A DNA stretch of 64,000 bases from Octopus bimaculoides (taxonomy: Eukaryota). The DNA is taken from positions 46,673,596 through 46,737,595 of the forward strand of contig NC_068998.1 in NCBI RefSeq assembly GCF_001194135.2, in the 5' to 3' direction. How positions within the stretch are numbered: position 1 is the first letter of the stretch; each line of letters opens with the position of its first letter. Position numbers and translations under genes: made by a program. A model generated the notes under the pieces. The model did not search any database and was not told where the DNA came from. It saw nothing but the letters and a program-made list of their open reading frames with translations. This document shows positions 11,697-23,629 of the stretch, in pieces.

Positions 11697-11893
11697 TTAC
11701 GGAGATGTACTTGCATAGCAAGTGACCTGATCTGAGATCGTGTGTTGGAACGAAAACAATTGCAGCGTGGAAGGTGTTTATACGTCATTTAAAATAACAC
11801 ACAAAAACCGTCAGATTCACTTCAACATTTAAATTTAATTTGTCAAAACATTTTCGTCGCTTTGAGACCGCGATCTGTTCACGGACAAAGTTC
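11697..11893 (-). mobile_element. Dispersed repeat, probable Penelope-like element terminal-repeat relic
   Basis: 24-nt identity ATTGCAGCGTGGAAGGTGTTTATA with 29979-30002 shows it is dispersed. It carries a minimal hammerhead fold, as PLE termini do. Confidence 0.55.
11839..11889 (-). ncRNA. Minimal type-I hammerhead ribozyme fold with G3-C8 core variant
   Basis: Minus strand reads TTTGTC-C / GTGAACA / G(A)TCGC-GGTCTCAAA-GCGAC / GAAA-A-TG-TT-T^T-GACAAA. Helix I has 6 bp plus a C.U closing mismatch, helix II has 4 bp plus a G-C pair with a bulged A, and helix III is AA/TT. Confidence 0.6.
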
Positions 11894-11908
11894 TGAGCTA
11901 TATGCTTA

Positions 11909-12136
11909 TACTCTTTTACTCTTTTACTCTTTTACTTGTTTCAGTCATTTGACTGCGGCCATGCTGGAGCACCGCCTTTTAGTCGAGCAAATCGACCCCA
12001 GGACTTATTCTTTGGAAGCCTAGTACTTATTCTATCGGACTATTTTGCCGAACCGCTAGATTACGGCGACGTAAATACACCAGCATCGGTTGTCAAGCGA
12101 TGTTGGGGAGACAAACACAGACACACAAACATATAT

Positions 12137-12183
<47 letters not shown>
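11909..12183 (-). mobile_element. SINE family A, 3' half ending at the internal (CA)n(TA)n tract
   Basis: (TACTCTTT)n tail, then gtttcagtcatttgactgcggccatgctggagcaccgcc...gccgaaccgcta; matches 22373-22560. Confidence 0.9.
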
Positions 12184-12184
<1 letters not shown>

Positions 12185-12651
12185 TCTTTCTATCCACCGC
12201 ATGCAGCTGCGAAAGAATGTCTCAATAAAATAGTCTTCTAGTCCATGGGAAAACGGACGTAAAAATTTACAGAAACAAAATCGTCGGTTTTTGTATCGCC
12301 TACGCCGCCACCACCGCCACCACCAACACCGCCGCTCCACTGCCGCCACCGCCGCCACCGTATCTATATGACGAGACGGCCACGACTAGATTATCTATCA
12401 TCATATGAAAGCTGGGTCAAGACAAATTTTTGTCTAAATCAGAATTGGATCATATTTTGTAATGTATATGGCTAGATACGCTGTACTCGTGTGTAAAAGA
12501 TTGGATGTTTATGGTTAGAAAGTTTTGGATAAGCACATCCATCATATTTTTGGGGCAAGGGAAGCTACTCTTACAAAAGGGACATTACTCTGAGTAATGC
12601 TAAATTATTCTGCAACATAGATATACTTCAATGATCTTTCACGTTTTGTTT

Positions 12652-12790
12652 TATTTGTTTCAAGGACTGGACTGTGGCCATGCTGGGGCACCACCTTCAA
12701 GGGTTTACTCGAACAAATCGAGCGAACCGCTAAGTTAAGCACCAACCGGTTGTCAAGCAGTGATGGGGATAAACACACAGATACACAGGA
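12652..12790 (-). mobile_element. SINE family A, deleted 3' half
   Basis: gactgtggccatgctggggcaccacc...cgaaccgctaagtt...ggttgtcaagc. Confidence 0.75.
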
Positions 12791-12792
12791 AA

Positions 12793-12842
<50 letters not shown>

Positions 12843-12845
<3 letters not shown>

Positions 12846-13131
12846 TTGATCTGATTAACGGAACGGAACAGCCAGCTCCTGAAATTAACGTGCAAGTGGC
12901 TGAGCACTCCACAGACACGCGTACCCCTTCACATTGTTCTCAGGTAGATTTAGTGAGACACGGAATGTGACAAGGCTGGTCCATTGAATTACAGGTACAC
13001 CACATTTTTTCTAGCTGAGTGAACTGGAACAACGCAAAATAAAGTGTCTTGCCCAAAGACACAACGCGCCACCGGGAATTGAACTCACGCCTCACGATCG
13101 TGAGCCGACTGCTCTAACCACTAAGCCACGC
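12843..13131 (-). mobile_element. SINE subfamily C2: family C tail with a different tRNA head and a CORE-like TGTGTCTTTGGGCAAGACACTT segment
   Basis: Head CGCGTGGCTTAGTGGTTAGAGCAG...GAGTTCAATTCCC. The tail matches family C, and the whole element matches 43063-43378. Confidence 0.85.
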
Positions 13132-13514
13132 GTATAGGAATACTCTCAGCGCACAAGAGTTTACCGTAAATATGGAAACTATCAAGATAAATACTTATCT
13201 TGATAAAAGAAATCATAAAAATTATACGTATAGAATCTGCTGCTTTGAAGCTAACGTTTTCCATTTCGAGACATAATATAATTTATGTACAAAAATCAAA
13301 AGATTTCCGAACAAAACTGTTTAAATTCAGGAAATGATCTCTTTGTAAATGTCCGCTTCAAGCTAACTTTGTGCAACGCCAAATGAAAGTTCCACACTAG
13401 AATTCCAAGATGTTCCAATTTCTCTCGTTCATATCCTAACGATTTTTTACATACATACATACATACATATGTGTATGTATGTATGTATGTATATATATAT
13501 TCACATATTATTTG

Positions 13515-13545
<31 letters not shown>

Positions 13546-14619
13546 AATACAGAGAGATAGAGAGAGGGAGAGAAAGAAAGGGACGATGCTGTCTGTTTAT
13601 TGTATTTTTCATACAAAGGTTTTGAAAGTAAAAGGAGTTCTGAGAGCGTTTGAAGGTAGCGGTGTTTTCTGCTTTTTCCTTATCTTTCTTTTCCTTCTCG
13701 TTCTTTATAATATATTCTCCCTCTCTCTCTCTCTCTCACATATATATGCACATGCATTTTATACAAACATACATACATACATACANNNNNNNNNNNNNNN
13801 NNNNNNNNNNNNNNNNNNNNNNNNNNNNNNNNNNNNNNNNNNNNNNNNNNNNNNNNNNNNNNNNNNNNNNNNNNNNNNNNNNNNNNNNNNNNNNNNNNNN
13901 NNNNNNNNNNNNNNNNNNNNNNNNNNNNNNNNNNNNNNNNNNNNNNNNNNNNNNNNNNNNNNNNNNNNNNNNNNNNNNNNNNNNNNNNNNNNNNNNNNNN
14001 NNNNNNNNNNNNNNNNNNNNNNNNNNNNNNNNNNNNNNNNNNNNNNNNNNNNNNNNNNNNNNNNNNNNNNNNNNNNNNNNNNNNNNNNNNNNNNNNNNNN
14101 NNNNNNNNNNNNNNNNNNNNNNNNNNNNNNNNNNNNNNNNNNNNNNNNNNNNNNNNNNNNNNNNNNNNNNNNNNNNNNNNNNNNNNNNNNNNNNNNNNNN
14201 NNNNNNNNNNNNNNNNNNNNNNNNNNNNNNNNNNNNNNNNNNNNNNNNNNNNNNNNNNNNNNNNNNNNNNNNNNNNNNNNNNNNNNNNNNNNNNNNNNNN
14301 NNNNNNNNNNNNNNNNNNNNNNNNNNNNNNNNNNNNNNNNNNNNNNNNNNNNNNNNNNNNNNNNNNNNNNNNNNNNNNNNNNNNNNNNNNNNNNNNNNNN
14401 NNNNNNNNNNNNNNNNNNNNNNNNNNNNNNNNNNNNNNNNNNNNNNNNNNNNNNNNNNNNNNNNNNNNNNNNNNNNNNNNNNNNNNNNNNNNNNNNNNNN
14501 NNNNNNNNNNNNNNNNNNNNNNNNNNNNNNNNNNNNNNNNNNNNNNNNNNNNNNNNNNNNNNNNNNNNNNNNNNNNNNNNNNNNNNNNNNNNNNNNNNNN
14601 NNNNNNNNNNNNNNNNNNN

Positions 14620-14831
14620 GTACTCGTTCACCACAACTTTCTCTCACTCTTACTTCCTGTTTCTGTTGTGCCTGTGATTCAAAGGGGTCAGCCTTGTCAC
14701 ACTCTGTGTCACGCTGAATATCCCCCGAGAACTACGTTAAGGGTACACGTGTCTGTGGAGTGCTCAGAGCAGGCTGTTCCGTTGATCGGATCAACTGGAA
14801 TCCTCGACGTCGTAAGCGACGGAGTGCCAAC
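14620..14831 (+). mobile_element. SINE family C, 3' part (5' end in gap)
   Basis: Reverse complement of about 2012-2240. Confidence 0.9.
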
Positions 14832-15077
14832 ATGTGTTTATGTCAACGAGTGTATACCTATCCTTTTTCCTTTTGACTTTCAATTCCTATCTTTTGGCAG
14901 GTTCTATTCTCTATCCTTTACCATTTAAATTTATGTTACATATTCACTGTCATCTGTAGTCAGACCCATTTGCAAGTTATAACTCCAAAATTATTCTACC
15001 TTCCGTCAGTGTACCCACATACTGCGAGCGACTATAACATGTCAAGAGAAACTCAGTACATATAGGGAGGATTCACA

Positions 15078-15255
15078 AAAAAAAAAAAGACGAAGAGAGG
15101 TGGTGTAGACAACAAACAGATGTATTAGTATAACTCTCAGGAAGTGAAAAAGTCTTTAACGTTTCGAGCCTACGCTCTTCCACAGAAAGGAACACAGAAA
15201 GAAACAAGGAGAGAAAAAGAAAAAGAGAATGTGTAGTGGCTAGCGATCTAATAAA
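15078..15255 (-). mobile_element. Probable Penelope-like terminal-repeat relic containing a hammerhead-like motif (15154-15189)
   Basis: Minus strand CTTT-CTGTGGA-A-GAGC-GTAG-GCTC-GAAA-CG-T-T^AAAG. Confidence 0.45.
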
Positions 15256-15665
15256 GATTCGCTCCAAATCCATTTTCTGTTTCCCTCATCAATTATAAAC
15301 TAAACGAATACTGCGGAATTCCTGTCGCAGATCCAGTGAAAATTATATCGTAACTGTGAATGTAACCAGGTAGCCTAAACAACGAATATGCTCTAATCGG
15401 CATAGTAATAACCGTATACCCAAAGTCCAAACAATATATATATATATATATACATACGACGTAGGTGTGTCCAGCTTTCGGTGAAAGATCTGCACAAATG
15501 GTTTGTTTACAATGGCCAAATGTACATTAACTCACTCCTTTCATCAAATCGACATTGCCTGGACAGGTGCACAAGTCTATTGTACTCATTAATGTTTTAC
15601 CCATTTGTAGAAATATTCTTGGAATATTTTTGGGCCACTCTGTCTCTTTCCTTCACTTTGCTTCT

Positions 15666-15705
<40 letters not shown>

Positions 15706-16230
15706 ACTATCACGTGATCGTTGATGACCTAAAGTGGTGTCATTCTTTTCCGCGATGCCTTCGACCGAACTGGTCACGGTTTTCTGCTCTCCTCGCTCTA
15801 CCCACTCCCGTGTCTATAGTTTTCATTTCTCCTTCGCGTTACCCATTTTTTGTTCTGTCTTGCAGCCCGAAGGCTTTTTTAGCTGTAAATGTATTATCAT
15901 TTTAATTGTTGTCTACGTGTAGCCCTCAGCTTTTATTTTGTTTATTGCTTTCTTGCTCGTCCGGTCACTAACGGTCTCGTCTTGAGCCCGTCCCGTTTTG
16001 TTATGCTTTGGTCTCATTCCCGGAAGGTTTCTTGTCGGTGCCTCCAGAGTGGAAACAATATTATCGATAATGGCCGAAATTGCGTTTGACCTCTGACCGA
16101 TAACCGAAGAGGAGTTGGTGACCTTTTATGTTTTCTGTTCGTCTGTGTATTTAGTATACGTTCGTATGTTTATTTACAACCCGTTTTTTAAATTATATAT
16201 ATACAGGTATGTCATATTTTCCGTTTGTTT

Positions 16231-16779
16231 ATATTCCTTGAGGCTGGCCAGATTGGAGCAATCTCGAGTATAACCAGCCGAAATTGCAAAGATAATCTGG
16301 AACTCGACTGACGAAAGAAAACTCCGAATAACCCGTCCCTGTTTTCTTTGTACCGTCTGTCTGGATGTTTTGTTGTCCGTTTTTTTTTGTATCACCTAAC
16401 TGTCTGGATGTTTTGCCTTCTTGTCCCATTTTTGCATTATATATATATATATACATACATATATATATATATATATATANNNNNNNNNNNNNNNNNNNNN
16501 NNNNNNNNNNNNNNNNNNNNNNNNNNNNNNNNNNNNNNNNNNNNNNNNNNNNNNNNNNNNNNNNNNNNNNNNNNNNNNNNNNNNNNNNNNNNNNNNNNNN
16601 NNNNNNNNNNNNNNNNNNNNNNNNNNNNNNNNNNNNNNNNNNNNNNNNNNATGTATTTCTTGAGGCTGGCCAGATTGGAGCAATCTCGAGTATAACCAGC
16701 CGAAATTGCAAAGATAATCTGAAACTCGACTGGAGAAAGAAAATCTCCGAATGACCGTTCTTGTCCCATTTTTGTATTT
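16231..16779 (+). repeat. Two diverged tandem copies (16231-16430, 16651-16779) of a dispersed repeat also present at 40803-40945
   Basis: Shared GGCCAGATTGGAGCAATCTCGAGTATAACCAGCCGAAATTGCAAAGATAATCTG; the third copy shares ATCTGGAACTCGACTGACGAAAGAAA. Confidence 0.8.
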
Positions 16780-17338
16780 CATATATATATTTATATATGT
16801 GTGTGTGTGTGTGTGTGTTTCTATGTATGCGTATGTATGTGCATGTATGTATGTATGTAATGTATGTAACGTTTACTTTTAGTCATATATTTACAAACTC
16901 CCCTCCTTGAATAAAACCCAATCTTTATCACTCATTAATTGACGAAGATTCTCAACATTCAGTCGACAACGCTTTCATTCAATTTTATCCTTCGTCGTTC
17001 TAGTCAACCGGGTTTCATTTGATGCACAATCGGCTGCTGTTTCTAGCATAGCGAGCTCCCGCGACAGTAGTCCCTATGCTGTATCGGTGTCAGTGACGCA
17101 ATGCATCATCGAACTGAGTCGATTGAGGTCAATTGATGGAGGTGTTGCACACTTTGTGAATTCATATCGTGTTAATGAGTTTTTCACATAAAAAAAACTG
17201 TCTTCGTAAAACATCGCTCCATCCTTATTGTAGCAATAATAAGCGTGTGTGTGTGCGTGTTTGTGTATGTGCGCGTACGTATGTTTGTGTACATGAGTAT
17301 GTGTGTGTATGAGTATATTTCAGTGCATATGAGTGTGT

Positions 17339-17386
<48 letters not shown>

Positions 17387-18250
17387 GTGTGTGTATTAGT
17401 GTCTTTGTCATAAGCCTGCTTTTGATGTTGTGTGTATCTTTCTGTGTCCGTCATGAAACAGCCAATTTATACATGCATACCTACATACCTACATGTAGGT
17501 ATACATACATACCTACATACATGCATGCATGCATACATACATACATACACACATACATACATGCATACATATATGTGTGTGCGTGTGTATCTATATATAT
17601 AAGCATATAGATATATATGTGTATATGTGTATATTCATATGTACGTATATTTATATATATATATATATGAATATATGTATGNNNNNNNNNNNNNNNNNNN
17701 NNNNNNNNNNNNNNNNNNNNNNNNNNNNNNNNNNNNNNNNNNNNNNNNNNNNNNNNNNNNNNNNNNNNNNNNNNNNNNNNNNNNNNNNNNNNNNNNNNNN
17801 NNNNNNNNNNNNNNNNNNNNNNNNNNNNNNNNNNNNNNNNNNNNNNNNNNNNNNNNNNNNNNNNNNNNNNNNNNNNNNNNNNNNNNNNNNNNNNNNNNNN
17901 NNNNNNNNNNNNNNNNNNNNNNNNNNNNNNNNNNNNNNNNNNNNNNNNNNNNNNNNNNNNNNNNNNNNNNNNNNNNNNNNNNNNNNNNNNNNNNNNNNNN
18001 NNNNNNNNNNNNNNNNNNNNNNNNNNNNNNNNNNNNNNNNNNNNNNNNNNNNNNNNNNNNNNNNNNNNNNNNNNNNNNNNNNNNNNNNNNNNNNNNNNNN
18101 NNNNNNNNNNNNNNNNNNNNNNNNNNNNNNNNNNNNNNNNNNNNNNNNNNNNNNNNNNNNNNNNNNNNNNNNNNNNNNNNNNNNNNNNNNNNNNNNNNNN
18201 NNNNNNNNNNNNNNNNNNNNNNNNNNNNNNNNNNNNNNNNNNNNNNNNNN

Positions 18251-18344
<94 letters not shown>

Positions 18345-19580
18345 TTCACGTGCACATTAATTAGGAGTGTCTTCATAGTCATTTATGCAAGAAGATAGGG
18401 CTACTTCAAAAGCTAGCCGTTGGAAAGAATACGCATATAGTCATACAGGAACATACACACATACACACACATACATACATACATACATACATGCAGGTAC
18501 ACTGAAGCACAGGTATATAGACAAGCAGTGCTGACCCCTAATTAACCCAAATATACTCACAGACAAAAAATATTCCTTCACGGAAGTCGATAAAGAATGA
18601 GGCTGCAGGCGTGCATTTGTGTATATACAAGTATACATTAACACTAAAATACACACATACACATGAATAATTATATACACACATGCTTCCATATAAGTAT
18701 TCACATGCGCATACATGTCCATACTTGTTAATATACGTACATATCATATACCTACTTATATGCATACATATATAAATACACACCACACGTATTTAATATA
18801 TATATATNNNNNNNNNNNNNNNNNNNNNNNNNNNNNNNNNNNNNNNNNNNNNNNNNNNNNNNNNNNNNNNNNNNNNNNNNNNNNNNNNNNNNNNNNNNNN
18901 NNNNNNNNNNNNNNNNNNNNNNNNNNNNNNNNNNNNNNNNNNNNNNNNNNNNNNNNNNNNNNNNNNNNNNNNNNNNNNNNNNNNNNNNNNNNNNNNNNNN
19001 NNNNNNNNNNNNNNNNNNNNNNNNNNNNNNNNNNNNNNNNNNNNNNNNNNNNNNNNNNNNNNNNNNNNNNNNNNNNNNNNNNNNNNNNNNNNNNNNNNNN
19101 NNNNNNNNNNNNNNNNNNNNNNNNNNNNNNNNNNNNNNNNNNNNNNNNNNNNNNNNNNNNNNNNNNNNNNNNNNNNNNNNNNNNNNNNNNNNNNNNNNNN
19201 NNNNNNNNNNNNNNNNNNNNNNNNNNNNNNNNNNNNNNNNNNNNNNNNNNNNNNNNNNNNNNNNNNNNNNNNNNNNNNNNNNNNNNNNNNNNNNNNNNNN
19301 NNNNNNNNNNNNNNNNNNNNNNNNNNNNNNNNNNNNNNNNNNNNNNNNNNNNNNNNNNNNNNNNNNNNNNNNNNNNNNNNNNNNNNNNNNNNNNNNNNNN
19401 NNNNNNNNNNNNNNNNNNNNNNNNNNNNNNNNNNNNNNNNNNNNNNNNNNNNNNNNNNNNNNNNNNNNNNNNNNNNNNNNNNNNNNNNNNNNNNNNNNNN
19501 NNNNNNNNNNNNNNTATATATGTATATATAAATATAAAGATATATACGTATATATATGTATATGTCTATCTATCTATCTG

Positions 19581-19637
<57 letters not shown>

Positions 19638-20460
19638 GTCGCTGCTATCCCTAGCGTTCGAGCGTCCACCATTGACAAAGCCAGAGAAGGACGAAACATC
19701 GTGACCTGGTAAAAATCGGCGGTGGCGATGGTGGGTGATTTATCTCCCCTTTAGCAATGTCAACGAGAGTGATTATATGCACCGAAAGCCAACATGGGAG
19801 TTCCTCTGATTGTTACTATCACTGTATACAGTGTTCTAACACACCATCTACTTTTAAGTGGATATATATATACATACATAAGCATATATATATATACATA
19901 CATAGGCATATATATATACATACACACACATATCTGTACACACATTTACTTATTTTCACAAGTATTTCCCACTAGAGTTCAGCGTTTTTTTCGGTATATC
20001 CGTTCCGTTTATCAATTGGTCGATATTTATACTTCATGCATATATATTTATAGGCCACATAATAATCTACTTTACTACGTTAATACACATTAGTTATTAA
20101 CGATTTATTTACCCCTTATTAATAATGTTCTAGCGTCTATATCTTGTTGGTGATGTACCAGTTAGCCCCAAGTCAATAATCTTAATATTAGCTTTAGAAT
20201 TAATATTAGCCTTCGGTTTCTACACCATTGCGTTCGTTTTCATCAGTTATCGCTAGATATCCATTTATGCGATATTCTAATCATTATGTTGCTTCAGGGG
20301 ATTTACAGAAAATACAAAGTGCATACTCGCACACACGCACACACGCACACATGCACATACACTCATAGATATATATATATATATGTACACACACATGCAT
20401 ACATACACACATACATGCATAGATGATACATATATACATATATAGGTATATACACACACA

Positions 20461-20508
<48 letters not shown>

Positions 20509-20964
20509 TATATGTATATATATGTAACATGCATACCTACAAGATATGTTTCGATTGGTATGCGTATATATCTTTTAAGTGTATATATATTTTTAAATAT
20601 NNNNNNNNNNNNNNNNNNNNNNNNNNNNNNNNNNNNNNNNNNNNNNNNNNNNNNNNNNNNNNNNNNNNNNNNNNNNNNNNNNNNNNNNNNNNNNNNNNNN
20701 NNNNNNNNNNNNNNNNNNNNNNNNNNNNNNNNNNNNNNNNNNNNNNNNNNNNNNNNNNNNNNNNNNNNNNNNNNNNNNNNNNNNNNNNNNNNNNNNNNNN
20801 NNNNNNNNNNNNNNNNNNNNNNNTATATATGCATATGGATATATGTATGCTCTCTCTGTCGCTGTCTGTCTGTCTGTCTGTCTCTATTTTTCTCACTTTC
20901 TCTCTATATGCATGTATGCATGTATGCATGTATGTATGTATGTATGTATGTATGTATGTCTCTT

Positions 20965-21478
20965 CTATTTTTTAATTATTATAAATCTTCCACTGAGGAA
21001 GGGACCGGTTTCCAACAAAGATACAAGGCTTCATATTTGGGATGTAGTTAACACAGACAAATTCACATTTGGAACTTGAGAAAAGTCTTGCATATTTGTA
21101 CTGTTCCACTCACAGATTGCACTTGTACGAATTAGCCGGTCGATTTCTCTTTCTGAAAATTACAGTTTATCCAGATTCTCCTTTAAGCATTTACTAACAA
21201 AACCTAGTGCTCCAATTATTATTGGTATGAAAATGAATTTATAGTCTGGAAATAGAAGCTGGAGGTTTCGAAGTAGCTGTCCATAGATATCTTCTTTTTC
21301 TTTGATTTTCAAAGAGATATTTATATCCGCAGGGCAGTTAACCTCTATGATGGTACACACCTTTGCCTCTCTGTGCCAAACAACAATATCCGACATGCTT
21401 ACATTTGACAGAAGTTTTGATGGGAATATTCCACCAGTATTCCTTGAGTTACTGTTCCATTACCGCTTAATAATTATC
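20965..21478 (-). mobile_element. Non-LTR retrotransposon 3' fragment, restriction-like endonuclease (RLE) clade (R4/NeSL-type), decayed
   Basis: Frameshifted translation KEYWWNIPIKTSVKCKH / SDIVVWHREAKVCTIIEVNCPADINISLKIKEKEDIYGQL...PIIIGALG / QVQSVSGTVQICKTFLKFQM* fits the PD-(D/E)XK RLE domain, followed by a 3' UTR. Confidence 0.85.
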
Positions 21479-21589
21479 GCAGCAGTTGCAAGGTTGGCAG
21501 GTCAAATATATATATACGCATACATTTATATATATACATATATATATATATATACAGACACACACACGCACACACACACACATACACAC

Positions 21590-21630
<41 letters not shown>

Positions 21631-22372
21631 TACATACAACATACATATACATACACACACACACATATATATATATAAGGCTCTGTGGATACACATATGT
21701 ATAGAAAAATATGTGTATGTATACACACACAGATACACATTACGTGTATGTCTATCTGTTAATATGTCTGTGTGTGTATGTAAGCGAATGTATAATGTAT
21801 ATTGATGTATAAATGGTGTTCGTCGAGCAGACAGTGCATTCTTTTATTCATGAGTGATTTTCGCCAGATCTATTCCAATGGACATTTGGCGCCAACGAAA
21901 TCTATCTCAGATTTCCTGGTTATAGTCTTTTCGATTCAGCGTATATACTAATTCCGCCACATCCGTCTCAGACATTTGATCTCTCTCAATAACCATCGCA
22001 CATTCTCATTCTCAGCAACGTTTGGTAACTACAAGTAATGTATTTATTTTTACCAATTTTTCACTTCCGGAAATTTCACCCGATGGACTTAGAAATATAA
22101 CTGGTGTCAGTAACAACGGAAGAACGAGTAGTTTGAGACGAAACTCGCCACTATCGAAACTTCGAAGTCCCTGTCAACATTGTGTTTGTGAATATGTGTT
22201 CGCAGGGAATTGTATACACGTACACACACATAGCATATACAGACACACGCATACATACACTGGTATTTGTCTATGTATATATGCATTCCAACCTACATAT
22301 GTATACATACATAGATTTATATATATATAGATATATATGTATGTGTGTGTGTGTTGTGTGTGTGTTTATGCA

Positions 22373-22765
22373 TACTCTTTATTCTTTACTCTTTTACTTG
22401 TTTCAGTCATTTGACTGTGGCCATGCTGGAGCGCCGCCTTTAGTCGAGCAAATCGACCCTAGGACTTATTCTTTGTAACCCTAGTACTTATTCTATCAGT
22501 CTCTTTTGCCGAACCGCTAAGTTACGGGGACGTTAACACACCAGCATCGATTGTCAGACACACAAACACATACACGCACATACATATATATACATATATA
22601 CGACGGGCTTCTCTCTGTTTCCGTCTACCAGATCTACTCACAAAGCTTTGGTCGGCCCGAGACTATAGTAGAAGACACTTGCCCAAGGTGCCACGCAGTG
22701 GGACTGAACCCGGAACCATATGGTTGGTAAGCAAGCTACTTACCACACAGCCACTCTTACGCCTA
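22373..22765 (-). mobile_element. SINE family A, near full length (head + shortened internal microsatellite + tail)
   Basis: tRNA-like head GGCTGTGTGGTAAGTAGCTTGC...GGGTTCAGTCCC and (AAAGAGTA)n tail; used as the local reference copy. Confidence 0.92.
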
Positions 22766-22789
22766 TGTATGTTTGTATTTATATATATT

Positions 22790-23625
22790 AACTTCAAAAC
22801 GAAGCTGAAAAATTCCAAGAATACATTAAAAACCAGCAGATAAACAACCCTGCTAAAACCAAAAATTTCATTGAACAATGGAAAGCAATCTGAGACTATA
22901 TCCAAGAAGCTACTGAGAATATTATTGGTTTCATGAAAAAGAAGATCTAAGATAATTTCGATGAAAGCAACGAAGAAATCTCAAATGTCATCAATGTTAA
23001 AAGAGATACGCAAGTGTCCTTTCAAGAAGATCCCATTTCAAACGAAGAAAAACGCTGCCAAGATCTCAAAACAAATTATGTCAAACGCAGATCAGAAAGA
23101 TTCAAAACAACTGGTAGATTGAAAATGCCATTAAGCTTCAACGATATGCAGACGCCAGGGGCCTTAGAAATCTCTACACTTGTACTAAAAATAACTATAC
23201 GGCCTATCCCAAGCTTTAGCGTGTTCTTTGAAGGCTGCCGACAATGCCAACATTCTTACTGACAACTAAAATATCCTGAGCCTGGAAGGAACTTTTGAGC
23301 ACTTTCCCAAACAGGAGATTAATAGAAGCGGAAGAGTTTCTTAGAAGAGTACTTCAACATCTTCCTCAACTGTGGATATCGAACTCCACATCTTTTTGTG
23401 AATTCAGAGATGCCGTCGAAAAGATAAAGTCACTTGATCCAGACAAGATCCCGCTGGAATTTATAGAAAATGCTAGTCAGTCTTCAAGAATAATGCTAAA
23501 TAGTAACTACATATATAAAAAATGCACTGATAGTTACGTTCTTTAAGAACGGAGATCAGAGCATTTGTGGGAGCTATCGTGGCTTATCTCTCCTATCCAT
23601 CATGGGAAAAGTTCTCAGCTGTTTT
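22790..23625 (+). mobile_element. RTE-clade LINE fragment (EN-RT linker to start of RT), decayed
   Basis: IEQWKAI*DYIQEATENIIGFMKKKI*DNFDESNEEI and FKNGDQSICGSYRGLSLLSIMGKVLS (23542-23619) match the RTE pattern KKGDxxxCGNYRGISLLS. Confidence 0.8.
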
Positions 23626-23629
23626 CAAG

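Noticed and set aside
16300-16345. CTGACGA...TCCGAA motif in the 16231/16651/40803 repeat as a hammerhead
   Set aside because: No copy gives a consistent helix I and helix III with a UH cleavage site.
19668-19710. Possible U3-A8 hammerhead (ACCA-TTGACAA-A-GCC-AGAGAA-GGAC-GAAAC...TGGT)
   Set aside because: No U at 16.1 in the register that forms helix I, and helix III does not form. Worth rechecking only if a family consensus exists.
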